A stretch of 64,000 nucleotides of DNA from an uncultured Pseudomonadota bacterium. Its GTDB lineage: Bacteria > Myxococcota_A > Polyangia > Fen-1088. The stretch is taken from positions 128,001 through 192,000 of the forward strand of contig CAWKBC010000047.1 in NCBI GenBank assembly GCA_963847705.1, given 5' to 3'. The position numbers and the translations under genes were made by a program. Below the pieces are notes generated by a model that ran no database searches, was not told the origin of the DNA, and worked only from the letters and a program-made list of their open reading frames with translations. Shown piece after piece: positions 47,096 to 56,295 of this stretch; within the stretch, counting starts at the first letter, position 1; every line of letters begins with the position of its first letter.

Positions 47096-48648
47096 ACGAC
47101 CAGACCCCCACGACGGGCGAGTCTGAGATTCCGGAGGCGGTGGTGGCGCGCCGGTCGCGTCTGCTGCCCGAGCTGGTCTGGGCCATCCCGATCGTGGCCG
47201 CGCTCGTCGGAGGCTGGCTGGCCGTCAAGTCGATCCGCTCGCACGGCCCGACCATCACCATCAACTTCCGGGACGCTGGCGGGCTGGCGGCCGGCAAGAC
47301 CAAGATCAAGTACCGGGAGGTCAACGTGGGCGAGGTCCGCTCGATTGGTTTCAGCCCCGATCGCGCGACCGTCGTGGTCACGGCCGAGCTGATGCGCGAA
47401 GCGGCCCCCTGGATGGTCGACGACACGCGCTTCTGGGTGGTGCGCCCGAGAATCGCCGCCAGTGAGATCTCCGGGCTCGAGACCCTGCTCTCCGGTTCGT
47501 ACATCGGCCTCGACGTGGGAACGTCGGCGCTTCCGCGGCGCGACTTCAAGGGGCTGGAGACCGTGCCGGTCATCAGCGGCGGGACGCCGGGACGGGCCTT
47601 CGTCGCCCACGCCGCGCGCTCGATCGGCGTCGGCTCGCCCGTCATCTTCCGTCATCTGCAGGTCGGACAGGTGACGGCGTCCGATCTCGACGCAGACGGC
47701 AATCGCGTCTCGGTCGGCCTCTTCGTGCGGGCACCGTACGACCGCTATGTGACGACCGCAACCCGCTTCTGGGAGGCCAGCGGTGTCGACATCTCGCTGA
47801 CGACCGCCGGCCTCAAGATCGAGACCGAATCGCTGGTGACCCTGATCGTGGGAGGGATCTGCTTCGAGCCAGGACCCGATGACCGTGACGCCGGGCCCGC
47901 CCCGCCGAACCACGCCTTCGTCCTCTTCCGCAACCGGGACGCGGCCATGAAGCAGCCCGACACGGAGGCCGAGGATTACACCCTCGTGTTCCGGCAATCT
48001 GTGCGGGGACTGGAGGTGGGGGCGTCGGTGGACTTCCGCGGCGTCCCGCTGGGCGAGGTGACGCGCATCGGGGCGGACTACGATCCCGAGCGCTTCAACT
48101 TCACGACGCCCGTCGATGTGCGGCTCTATCCTGGGCGCCTGCGCGCCCGCCTCCGCCACCCAGCTCCCACCGAGGCGCCGGCGTCCGCCGAGGCGCAGCT
48201 TCAGCGCTTCGTCGAGCACGGCCTGCGGGCGCAGCTGCGCAGCGAGAACCTCCTCACCGGCCGGCTGTACGTTGCGCTGGACTTCTACCCGCAGGCTCCG
48301 CGCATCAGGCCCGACCTCGGGCGCCACCGGCGGGAGATCCCCACCCTCCCCCCCGACGACCTGGAGGCATCGCTCGCGGGGGCTGCCAGGAAGATCGATT
48401 CATTGCCCCTGGATCAGGTCGGTCCGATCATCGGCGACGTCCGGAAGGTGCTGGCAGAGGCTGGCACGGCCTTCGCGGACGCCGACTCCGCCGTGAAACA
48501 GTTCGGCCCGACCTCGCCCCGGCAGGCGGAGCTGGATGAGGTCTTCCAGCAGATCGCCCGCGCGGCCCGCTCCCTGCGCGCGCTGGCCGACAGTCTCCAG
48601 CGGCACCCCGAATCGTTGATCAGAGGTCGGAAGGGAGCGTCTCGATGA
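47092..48648 (+). CDS. pqiB: MCE-domain intermembrane transport protein PqiB
   Basis: VWAIPIVA, GPTITINF..A.GL.AGKT, TRFWVVRP, TRFWEASG, SVRGLEVGA.V.FRG, HPESLIRG. Confidence 0.92.
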   Translation: MNDQTPTTGESEIPEAVVARRSRLLPELVWAIPIVAALVGGWLAVKSIRSHGPTITINFRDAGGLAAGKTKIKYREVNVGEVRSIGFSPDRATVVVTAELMREAAPWMVDDTRFWVVRPRIAASEISGLETLLSGSYIGLDVGTSALPRRDFKGLETVPVISGGTPGRAFVAHAARSIGVGSPVIFRHLQVGQVTASDLDADGNRVSVGLFVRAPYDRYVTTATRFWEASGVDISLTTAGLKIETESLVTLIVGGICFEPGPDDRDAGPAPPNHAFVLFRNRDAAMKQPDTEAEDYTLVFRQSVRGLEVGASVDFRGVPLGEVTRIGADYDPERFNFTTPVDVRLYPGRLRARLRHPAPTEAPASAEAQLQRFVEHGLRAQLRSENLLTGRLYVALDFYPQAPRIRPDLGRHRREIPTLPPDDLEASLAGAARKIDSLPLDQVGPIIGDVRKVLAEAGTAFADADSAVKQFGPTSPRQAELDEVFQQIARAARSLRALADSLQRHPESLIRGRKGASR

Positions 48649-49250
48649 GGTTGGCGCGGATCGTCGCAGTCACGCTGGTCTGCGCCGCGATCCTCGTTGC
48701 CTGCGTGCGCACACCCGAGATCCGCTATTACACCCTGAGCGCCGACGGACCCGCACGGCAGGCCGGGACGGAGTCGCCGCGGTTCACCGTTCGGGTCGGC
48801 CCGGCCTCCGTGCCCGAGGCTTTGGATCGCCCGGAGCTCGTCCTCCGCGCCTCCGCCACCGAGCTGGTCGTCGACGACAGCCACCACTGGGCCGAGCCGC
48901 TGCGGACGGGCATCGCGCGTGCCGTCGCTGGCGGCCTAGCGCGCGAGCTGGACGGGGCGCGCATCGTGGTCGCGGATGAGCGCGTGACCGGCGAGACCCC
49001 CGACGTCGAGGTGTTGCTCGACCTGCAGCGCCTGGACGCCAAGCTGGGCGACGGCGTGGCCATCGAGGTGGCGTGGGTGGCCCGCTGGACCAACGCCGGC
49101 CCCGTCCGCACGGGGCGGTCGGTCATGTGTGAGCGCCTGGCCCCTGGCAGCAGCTACGACCCGCTGGTGGAGGCCTGCGCACGGGCCCTGGCGACGCTCA
49201 GCAGCGAAATCGCGCGCTCGGTCCGCGCTGATTCCCTCGCTCGTCGGTGA
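48645..49250 (+). CDS. pqiC: PqiC-family lipoprotein
   Basis: Lipobox LVAC, YYTL, VGPASVPEALDRPELV, HWAEPL. Confidence 0.9.
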   Translation: MRLARIVAVTLVCAAILVACVRTPEIRYYTLSADGPARQAGTESPRFTVRVGPASVPEALDRPELVLRASATELVVDDSHHWAEPLRTGIARAVAGGLARELDGARIVVADERVTGETPDVEVLLDLQRLDAKLGDGVAIEVAWVARWTNAGPVRTGRSVMCERLAPGSSYDPLVEACARALATLSSEIARSVRADSLARR

Positions 49251-49319
49251 GGCCGGGGGACGCGCTCGGCGCGGTCGAGGCCGGGTGTGACCGCGGCCGA
49301 GGCGCGCTGGACAATCCAG

Positions 49320-49356
49320 GTTGTTTGCCCTCCGTCCGAGTTGTTTGCCCTCCGTC
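49320..49356 (+). repeat. 17-bp direct repeat, 20-bp period
   Basis: GTTGTTTGCCCTCCGTC twice. Confidence 0.85.
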
Positions 49357-49389
49357 GGTGGTAATGATCGTGATGAAGGCGAGTGACGA

Positions 49390-49935
49390 GTGGGCAGCGA
49401 GTCGGCGCGAGTTGGGAGTCCAGCCAGCCACGGATGGGTCCGCACGGCCCTGATTGGTGGCATCCTGGCTGGAATCGTCAGCAACGTCGTGCTGACCCTG
49501 CTCCGGATGACCTTCCTCATCGAATGGCAGCTGATGTTGAGTCTGATCTTGGGACCCTGGCATCCCGACTTCTGGCGGGCGGTCGTCCCCCAGCTCTGGG
49601 TGCCCTTGAAGCTCTTCGCCTACCCTTTGATAGGTGCGCGGTCCTTGGACGTGGGCTTCGATGGGGGCGTCGTCTTGCTCGGTCTCGGTATCCGTCTCGT
49701 CTACGCCATCTGCTCGGGCGCGCTGTTCGGCCTCCTGGCGCACCGGCTCTCACGGATTGAGACGGTCGCCCTGGGGGTCCTGTGTGGGATCGTGTTCTGG
49801 GCGGCGAGCTCCCACGTCCTCACGCCGCCCGTCGTCCAGTCGGTCGGAAGACTGGTCGAGTTCATCCCCTACGGGTTGGCGCTGGCTGCGACGTACTTGC
49901 GGTACCAACGACGGGCCTCTTCGGTGCGGGGCTAG
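49390..49935 (+). CDS. Multi-pass membrane protein of unknown function
   Basis: 4-5 hydrophobic segments, GGILAG and G.L.GI.FW motifs. Confidence 0.6.
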   Translation: MGSESARVGSPASHGWVRTALIGGILAGIVSNVVLTLLRMTFLIEWQLMLSLILGPWHPDFWRAVVPQLWVPLKLFAYPLIGARSLDVGFDGGVVLLGLGIRLVYAICSGALFGLLAHRLSRIETVALGVLCGIVFWAASSHVLTPPVVQSVGRLVEFIPYGLALAATYLRYQRRASSVRG

Positions 49936-50093
49936 CAGAGGCCGTCCCCAATCCCCTCGGACCGGGTCGACTTTCGCCGAGAGATTCCAGGCCGCGCGGC
50001 CCCTCATCCTTCCACGTAAAAACGGCGTCTGCGGACCTCGACTCTCCCACACGCGTTGGCGGGTGCGCACCCTCCCGACGAAGGAAGGACACC

Positions 50094-50936
50094 ATGGCTC
50101 AACCCGCGCTGAGTGTGAACGTGTTTACCGCCCCAGGAAAGGCCATGGTCGGCGAGCGGCCAAAACCCTTCGGCGAAGCGCTCGGCTTCGACCCGATCAC
50201 GTCGACGCTGATCTTCGGAGAGAACGACGCGGTGCTGGTGGACGCGATGACGACGGTGGCCGAGGCCGAAGCCCTCGCGGATTGGATTGCTCTGCACAAC
50301 CGCAACCTGGAGACCATCTACATCACGCACGCCCACTTCGACCATTTCTACGGCCTGGGCATCTTGCTCGACCGTTTCCCGGGCGCGCGGGCGATCGCAA
50401 CGCCCAGGACCGTGAACGCCATGCAAATGTCTTTTACGCCCCCGGTGGAGCGGTTGGCCCGCCGGATGTTTCCTGGGCAGGTGGCGACCAAGTTGGTTGC
50501 ACCCGAGCCTTTTGACCAAGACACGTTCCACCTCGAAGGCCACGAATTGCGCATCATCGAGCAGGGTCGCACCGATGTTGCCGCTTCGACCTCTCTCTAC
50601 GTTCCATCGATGGGGCTGATCGTCGCTGGCGACGTCGTGTACAACCAATGCCGCATGTATGTGGGCGACACCACCCCCGAGAGCCGAAGGAATTGGATCG
50701 CGGACCTGGACCGGTTGGCGGCGCTGAACCCGACAACTGTCGTGGCCGGGCACAAGAAGCCTGGCGCGCCCGACTCTCCCTCGGCGATCCAGGACACCAA
50801 GCGTTACCTCGAGGACTTCGATCGGGTGCAAAAAACCGCCACGTCCGACCAGGAGCTGTTCGATCAGATGACGGCGCTCTACCCGGATTGGGTGGCCAAT
50901 CAGTCGTGGTTGATGTTCGGGTTCCCCGGAGTGTGA
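50094..50936 (+). CDS. MBL-fold metallo-hydrolase
   Basis: AAGGA RBS; THAHFDH, VAGDVVYN, VVAGH. Confidence 0.9.
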   Translation: MAQPALSVNVFTAPGKAMVGERPKPFGEALGFDPITSTLIFGENDAVLVDAMTTVAEAEALADWIALHNRNLETIYITHAHFDHFYGLGILLDRFPGARAIATPRTVNAMQMSFTPPVERLARRMFPGQVATKLVAPEPFDQDTFHLEGHELRIIEQGRTDVAASTSLYVPSMGLIVAGDVVYNQCRMYVGDTTPESRRNWIADLDRLAALNPTTVVAGHKKPGAPDSPSAIQDTKRYLEDFDRVQKTATSDQELFDQMTALYPDWVANQSWLMFGFPGV

Positions 50937-50963
50937 CTCACCCTCAACGCCTGTCGCCGCGGT

Positions 50964-51869
50964 TCAGGGGAGCAGGAGAACCTTACCTGCGCTGCCGCCC
51001 TCGACGAGAGAATGCCCCTTTGCGGCCTCGGCGAGAGGAAGACGGTGCCCGATCGGAATTGACAACCTTCCGCTCGTGACCGCGTCGGCCACGTACCGCA
51101 GCGTCTCCGCGCTCTGCTTGGAAATGAAAGCGACCACGCGAACCGAAGGATGTTGCGCGGCGGTGCCCGGCGCGCCGGTGACCGAGGCGAAGGTCCCGCC
51201 CGGCTTCAGCTTGGCCAGCAGCCTCTCCGCCGTCTCGCCGCGCACGGTGTTGGCGACGACATCGACCTTGGGCAGAGCCCCGAGTGCGTCGCTGTCGTCG
51301 ATCGCCACCACCTGATCGACGCCGAGCGCCGCCGCCGCGTCGAGCTGTCGCCCGAGGACGCCGGCGATGACCTTTGCGCCTCGGTCCTTGGCCGTGAAGA
51401 CCGCCAATCGACCGACTCCACCGAGGGCCCCCGAGACCAGCACGGTCTGGCCGGCGACCAGCCCGCTGGCCACCGAGATGAGTTGACACCCCGTCGTTCC
51501 CACCAGGGGAAGGGCCGCCGCAGTCTCGAGGTCGATCTCTGCGGGAACCTTGGCGACGACCGCCGCCGCGACCCGGCAGAGCTCCGCGTAGGTGTGGTAT
51601 CCCCAGGCAAAGACATCGTCGCCCTCTGCGAACCCCTTCGCCTCGCTTCCGACCGCGACGACCTTTCCCGCCACATCCCATCCGAGGATTGCCGGGAACG
51701 TCGGGTGCCAATCCCTCGTATGGCCCGCGCGTTCCGCGGTATCGATCGCGTTGATGCCCGCTGCAGCGACCCGGATGAGAATGTCGCCCGGGCCGATCTC
51801 CGGGTCGGCGACGTCCTCGAGATGCAGGACCCCCGGCCCCCCATATTCACGAATGACCGCTGCCTTCAT
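50964..51869 (-). CDS. NADP-dependent oxidoreductase (MDR / quinone oxidoreductase family)
   Basis: MKAAVIREYGGPGVL, GINAID, LGWDVAG, SGALGGVG, GKVLL. Confidence 0.92.
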   Translation of the reverse strand: MKAAVIREYGGPGVLHLEDVADPEIGPGDILIRVAAAGINAIDTAERAGHTRDWHPTFPAILGWDVAGKVVAVGSEAKGFAEGDDVFAWGYHTYAELCRVAAAVVAKVPAEIDLETAAALPLVGTTGCQLISVASGLVAGQTVLVSGALGGVGRLAVFTAKDRGAKVIAGVLGRQLDAAAALGVDQVVAIDDSDALGALPKVDVVANTVRGETAERLLAKLKPGGTFASVTGAPGTAAQHPSVRVVAFISKQSAETLRYVADAVTSGRLSIPIGHRLPLAEAAKGHSLVEGGSAGKVLLLP

Positions 51870-51919
51870 GATCGCCTCCTGCTCGGACGAACGATGGTCG
51901 CCCCCGAGCCCTCTCCGCG

Positions 51920-52324
51920 TTACTTCTCGCTCGAGATCCGCGGATCGTCCTTGGGGTCGAGGTATTCGAGACCGAGCGGCCCGATCGCCGTCACCTGGGT
52001 GATGTATTCGCCGGACTTCGCCCAATGAAAGTGTGACGTGTTCCGCGGCAGCATGATCACCGCGCCCGGCGGATAGGCTTGCAGCCTCTGGGGATCGAAC
52101 TCGTCCCCCAGGCCCAGGTAGAACACGCCGGAAATGACGGTGTAGATGCGGTCCTCGGGGTGTCGATGCGGCATCAACTTCACCCCGCCCGGCAGCTTGA
52201 CCCTGATTGTGTAGGGTCCCTCTTGCGAAGGTTGCCCGGCCAGCACCGCCAGGCGGGCCGAAGGTGGAAAAGCCGGAAACGGCTTCCAGTCGACGTCATC
52301 GGGAAAGACGGATCGGTATTCCAT
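51920..52324 (-). CDS. Cupin-domain protein
   Basis: PHRHPEDRIYTVISG...HFHW. Confidence 0.88.
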   Translation of the reverse strand: MEYRSVFPDDVDWKPFPAFPPSARLAVLAGQPSQEGPYTIRVKLPGGVKLMPHRHPEDRIYTVISGVFYLGLGDEFDPQRLQAYPPGAVIMLPRNTSHFHWAKSGEYITQVTAIGPLGLEYLDPKDDPRISSEK

Positions 52325-52534
52325 TTTGGGCCGCTGACAGTGAGGCTAAGGATCGAGCGGCGACATTCAAGAGCGGCAGTTCCCGGGGTTCAGGCCGGCC
52401 CGGCGGCGGCAGCGCGGGAGGCGTGAAAGTACGAGCATCCGCTTATGGCCGCGGCCCGAGGCGTGTCCATTTTCGGGAGCAATCCAAGCGGGTCAATCCA
52501 CCGCGTGGGAACGGGGACGAGAGGAGCTGTTGCT

Positions 52535-53233
52535 ATGGCGAAGAAGATACTTTTCATTGTGAGCGGGGCCACCTACTGGGTGCTGAAGGACGGGACGAGG
52601 TACGCGACCGGTTACTGGGCCGAGGAATTCGCGAGGCCCTACAAGATCATCACCGACGCCGGTCACGAAGTGGTGGTCGGGACGCCCAACGGGGTGACCC
52701 CGAACGTCGACATGATGAGCCTGCGACCCGCGATGGCGGGTGGGGTCGAGGGAGCTCTCGAGCTGGAGGCCATCATCCGGTCCGCGGAGGCGATGCGGCG
52801 GCCGCTGAAGCTGTCGGATGTCCGGCTCGAGGACTACGACGCCGTCTACCTGCCGGGCGGTCACGGCCCGATGTCGGACCTGGCATTCGACGCCGACGTG
52901 GGGCGGTTGCTCACCGCGCAGCTCGCCTCTGGCAACCCTCTCTTCATCGTGTGCCACGGTCCCGCGGCGATGCTGGCCACCCGGATCCACGGCGTTTCGC
53001 CCTTCAAAGGCTACCGAGTCACGGGCTTCACCAACAAGGAGGAGGAGGGCGTCGGGCTCGCTTCCCGGGTCACCTGGCTGCTCGAGACCGAGCTCAAGGA
53101 AAAGATCGGCGTCAACTTCAGCTCCGGCGACATCTGGAAGCCCTACATGGTCGAGGACCGAAATCTGGTCACCGGGCAGAACCCCGCCTCCGCCGCGGTT
53201 CTGGCCAAGCGGTTGCTGGAGGTCCTCAGGTGA
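52535..53233 (+). CDS. DJ-1/PfpI (Hsp31-like) type 1 glutamine amidotransferase domain protein
   Basis: TGYWAEEF, YLPGGHGPMSD, VCHGPAA, VTGQNPAS. Confidence 0.92.
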   Translation: MAKKILFIVSGATYWVLKDGTRYATGYWAEEFARPYKIITDAGHEVVVGTPNGVTPNVDMMSLRPAMAGGVEGALELEAIIRSAEAMRRPLKLSDVRLEDYDAVYLPGGHGPMSDLAFDADVGRLLTAQLASGNPLFIVCHGPAAMLATRIHGVSPFKGYRVTGFTNKEEEGVGLASRVTWLLETELKEKIGVNFSSGDIWKPYMVEDRNLVTGQNPASAAVLAKRLLEVLR

Positions 53234-53296
53234 CAGCGTGAAGCGCGACCGTTACCAGGGAGGAGGTCGATCACCGAAGACATCGAGCTGGGACCG

Positions 53297-53340
53297 TTGA
53301 CAGGAGGGACGGCGGGGCGTAAAAAGAACGCTCATTCGTT
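53297..53340 (+). promoter_or_regulatory. Sigma70 promoter overlapped by a candidate TetR operator
   Basis: TTGACA-17 bp-TAAAAA; imperfect palindrome AAAGAACGCTCATTCGTT (12/18 self-complementary) at 53323-53340. Confidence 0.65.
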
Positions 53341-54237
53341 ATGCGATCCTCCTCGACCGCCACCACTATGGCCCTTCAACGCGCGTTCGAGTCCCATCGC
53401 CCGCGCGCGAAGCGGCTCTTCAACGACCCCTACGCCGAAGCGTTTCTCAGCGGCGGCTGGTCCGTCCTGGCCGGGATCGGTCGGCTCCCGGGACTGGCCG
53501 AGGTCGTCGAGCGCTGCTTCGACACCGTCGCCGGGCCGGGCCCCCGGCCGTCGGCCGTCGTGCGGACGCGCGCGATCGATGACGCGGTCTCCTCGGAGGT
53601 GGGCGCCCGGGGCATCGATCAGGTCGTGATCCTCGGCGCAGGGTTCGACAGCCGCGCTCATCGCCTCCCGGCGCTCCGAGCTTCGAGAGTGTTCGAGGTC
53701 GACCACGCGGCGACGCAAGCGACGAAGCGGGTGCAGTGCGACCGGTGCGACTTGCCGCTTCATCCCGTCGTCTACGTTCCTGTGGACTTCGAGAGGGACA
53801 ATCTCGTCATGTCGCTCGCCAGCGCGGGCTTCCGTCGCGATCGTCCTGCGCTCTTCCTCTGGGAAGGGGTCACCAACTACCTCACCGCCGAAGCCGTGGA
53901 TGCCACGCTCGACGCCATCGCGCGCGCGACGACCGGAGGCACCCTCATCTTTACCTATGTCCACGCCGGCGTCCTCGACGGGACGGTCCGCTTTCCAGGT
54001 GGGGACCGCTGGCTGCGCAACGTCGCCCGCCTGGGCGAGCCGTGGACGTTCGGGCTCCTCCCGGAGCGCGTGCCGCAGTTCCTCGCCGATCGGCGTTTCC
54101 ACCTCGCCTGGGACGCGTCGGCCGCCGAGCTGGGGGCACGCTTTTTTCTCCCCTTGGGCCGCTCCGAGCAGGCGTCGGCGCTGTATCGCGTCGCCGTGGC
54201 TCGCTTCGGTGACGGCTCCGATGCCACGAATCACTGA
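53341..54237 (+). CDS. SAM-dependent methyltransferase (leucine carboxyl methyltransferase-like)
   Basis: DPYAEAF, RTRAIDD, QVVILGAGFDSRAHRL, FEVDH, WEGVTNYL. Confidence 0.92.
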   Translation: MRSSSTATTMALQRAFESHRPRAKRLFNDPYAEAFLSGGWSVLAGIGRLPGLAEVVERCFDTVAGPGPRPSAVVRTRAIDDAVSSEVGARGIDQVVILGAGFDSRAHRLPALRASRVFEVDHAATQATKRVQCDRCDLPLHPVVYVPVDFERDNLVMSLASAGFRRDRPALFLWEGVTNYLTAEAVDATLDAIARATTGGTLIFTYVHAGVLDGTVRFPGGDRWLRNVARLGEPWTFGLLPERVPQFLADRRFHLAWDASAAELGARFFLPLGRSEQASALYRVAVARFGDGSDATNH

Positions 54238-54871
54238 GGCGCGCAGCGCCGCGCAGCGCCGACGTGTCCTCGACGCCGCGCTCACCTGCTTCGACCGCAG
54301 GGGATTCCATCGGACGACGATGCAGGACATCGTGCGCGAGTCGGGGCTCAGCCCCGGCGCCATCTACGGCTACTTCGACAGCAAGGTCGCCATCGTCGAG
54401 GCCGTGGCCGCCGAGCGACACCAGGTCGAGCACGCGATGCTCCGTGAAGCGCTCGCCTGCGCCAATCCCATCTTCGGAATGACCACGTTCGTGAAGCGCT
54501 ATTTCGACTGGCTCGACGACCCGCAGGAGCGGCGCCGTCGGCGGGTCGGCGTCCAGGCGTGGGCGGAGTCGCTCCACGACGCGCGAATGAGGGCGAGCGT
54601 CGACATCGGTCTGGCGCCGCTCGCCGAGATCGTCCGTTCGCTTCGCGCCGCGAGACGGCGCAAGAAGCTCCCCTTCACGGTCGATCCCGAGGGGCTCGCG
54701 CGCGTCCTGCTCGCGCTCATCCAGGGGTTCATTCTGCAGCAGGCCTGGCAGCCTGACCTCGATGTCATCGCTTACCGTGACACCGTGCTCGCGGCGCTGG
54801 CCGCGCTGGTGTCGGTCGAGGCTCCGGGGCGCTCCCCTCGTTCTCGCCCGAATGTCCGCCCCACGAGATGA
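54221..54871 (+). CDS. TetR/AcrR-family transcriptional regulator
   Basis: MPRITE..RRRVLDAA..CF...GFHRTTMQDI...GLSPGAIYGYF.SK. Confidence 0.93.
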   Translation: MPRITEARSAAQRRRVLDAALTCFDRRGFHRTTMQDIVRESGLSPGAIYGYFDSKVAIVEAVAAERHQVEHAMLREALACANPIFGMTTFVKRYFDWLDDPQERRRRRVGVQAWAESLHDARMRASVDIGLAPLAEIVRSLRAARRRKKLPFTVDPEGLARVLLALIQGFILQQAWQPDLDVIAYRDTVLAALAALVSVEAPGRSPRSRPNVRPTR

Positions 54872-55042
54872 CGGAGAAAGCTCGAAAGACGTCGAGATCC
54901 TGACCGGGGTTCAGCCCGACCGTGGACCAGGGTGGCGGCCTTCTGACTCGTCACCTTCTTGGTGCCGAATCCTTTGGCCCCGACGTCGGCCCGCCATGCC
55001 CCGGGCAATGTGATAGAGCACTGCGGGCTGGAGGACCGAGAC

Positions 55043-56293
55043 GTGACATCGCACGAAGACACAAAGGAAACAATCTCTTTACGAGACCAAACGGGTGGTC
55101 GACGCATCTCGAACACGATGCGAATCGTCGTTGCTGCCGGAATTTCGCTCGTCGTGATCGGCCTGCTGGCAGGCACGAAGGTCGCCCAGATCTCGTCCTT
55201 GATCCGCTTCGGAAAGGCCGCCCAGGCGGCCGGGCCTCCGCCCGAAGCGGTGGGAACCGCGGTGGCGAAGGGGGCCGCCTGGGAGTCGCTGCTGGAGTCT
55301 GTGGGCAGCGTCGCCGCTGGCCGCGGGGTCACGATCAGCAACGAGGTCCCCGGCCTGGTGCGCGCCATCCGCTTCGACTCGGGGGCGAAGGTGCGCCCCG
55401 GCCAGGTCCTGGTCGAGCTGGACGCCAGCGTCGAGCGGGCGCAGCTGTCGTCGTTGCAGGCGCGGCGGGACCTGGCCACCGCTTCGGCGACGCGGACGCG
55501 CAAGCTGGAGGTGAGCGGCGCCTCCACCAAGGCCCAGCTCGACTCCGATGAGGCCCAGCTCAAGACGGTGAGCGCCGACGCCCGGGCGCTCGAGGCGGAG
55601 ATCGAGAAGAAGACGATCCGGGCGCCCTTCGGCGGCAAGCTGGGCATCCGCTCGGTCAACCTGGGTCAGTATCTGAACCCGGGGACGCCCATCACCGTCC
55701 TGGAGTCGCTGGACGCGGTCTACATCGACTTCACGGTTCCCCAGCAGCAGGTGGCGAGCGTACCGGTCGGCACCGCCGTCCGCATCGCGCTGCCCGGCAC
55801 GCAGCCCCCACGGACGCTGACCGGCAAGATCGCCGCCGTCGATCCGAACGCCGATCCCCTCACGCGCGCCGTCAATCTGCGCGCCTCAGTCGATGAAACG
55901 CAGGAGGACAAGACCGCCCCCGGCGAGCTGCGCCCGGGCATGTTCGTCAACGTCTCGGTCGTGCTGCCCAACCGGGCCAGCGTCGTCTACGTGCCCGCCA
56001 CGGCGATCATGCGCGCGCCGTACGGCAACTCCGTCTACATCGTCGAGGACCGGAAGGACCCCGAGGGTCATCCCGTGAGCGGCCCCGACGGCAAGCCGGC
56101 CAAGGTCGCGCGCCAGCAGTTCGTGCGCGTCGGCGTCACCCGGGGCGACTTCGTGGCCATCGACGAAGGGGTGACCGCTGGGCAGGAGGTGGTCGTCATC
56201 GGCGCCTTCAAGCTGCGCAACGGGGCGCCTCTCGTCGTGAACAACGAGATCCAGCTCCCCAGCTCGCAAGCTCCGAACCCGGAGAATCGCTGA
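55043..56293 (+). CDS. RND efflux periplasmic adaptor (MexH/MexV-like)
   Basis: GGAGGA RBS before GTG 55043; PPPEAV, FDSGAKVRPGQVLV, IRAPFGG.LGIR, LRPGMF. Confidence 0.92.
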   Translation: MTSHEDTKETISLRDQTGGRRISNTMRIVVAAGISLVVIGLLAGTKVAQISSLIRFGKAAQAAGPPPEAVGTAVAKGAAWESLLESVGSVAAGRGVTISNEVPGLVRAIRFDSGAKVRPGQVLVELDASVERAQLSSLQARRDLATASATRTRKLEVSGASTKAQLDSDEAQLKTVSADARALEAEIEKKTIRAPFGGKLGIRSVNLGQYLNPGTPITVLESLDAVYIDFTVPQQQVASVPVGTAVRIALPGTQPPRTLTGKIAAVDPNADPLTRAVNLRASVDETQEDKTAPGELRPGMFVNVSVVLPNRASVVYVPATAIMRAPYGNSVYIVEDRKDPEGHPVSGPDGKPAKVARQQFVRVGVTRGDFVAIDEGVTAGQEVVVIGAFKLRNGAPLVVNNEIQLPSSQAPNPENR

Positions 56294-56295
56294 GG

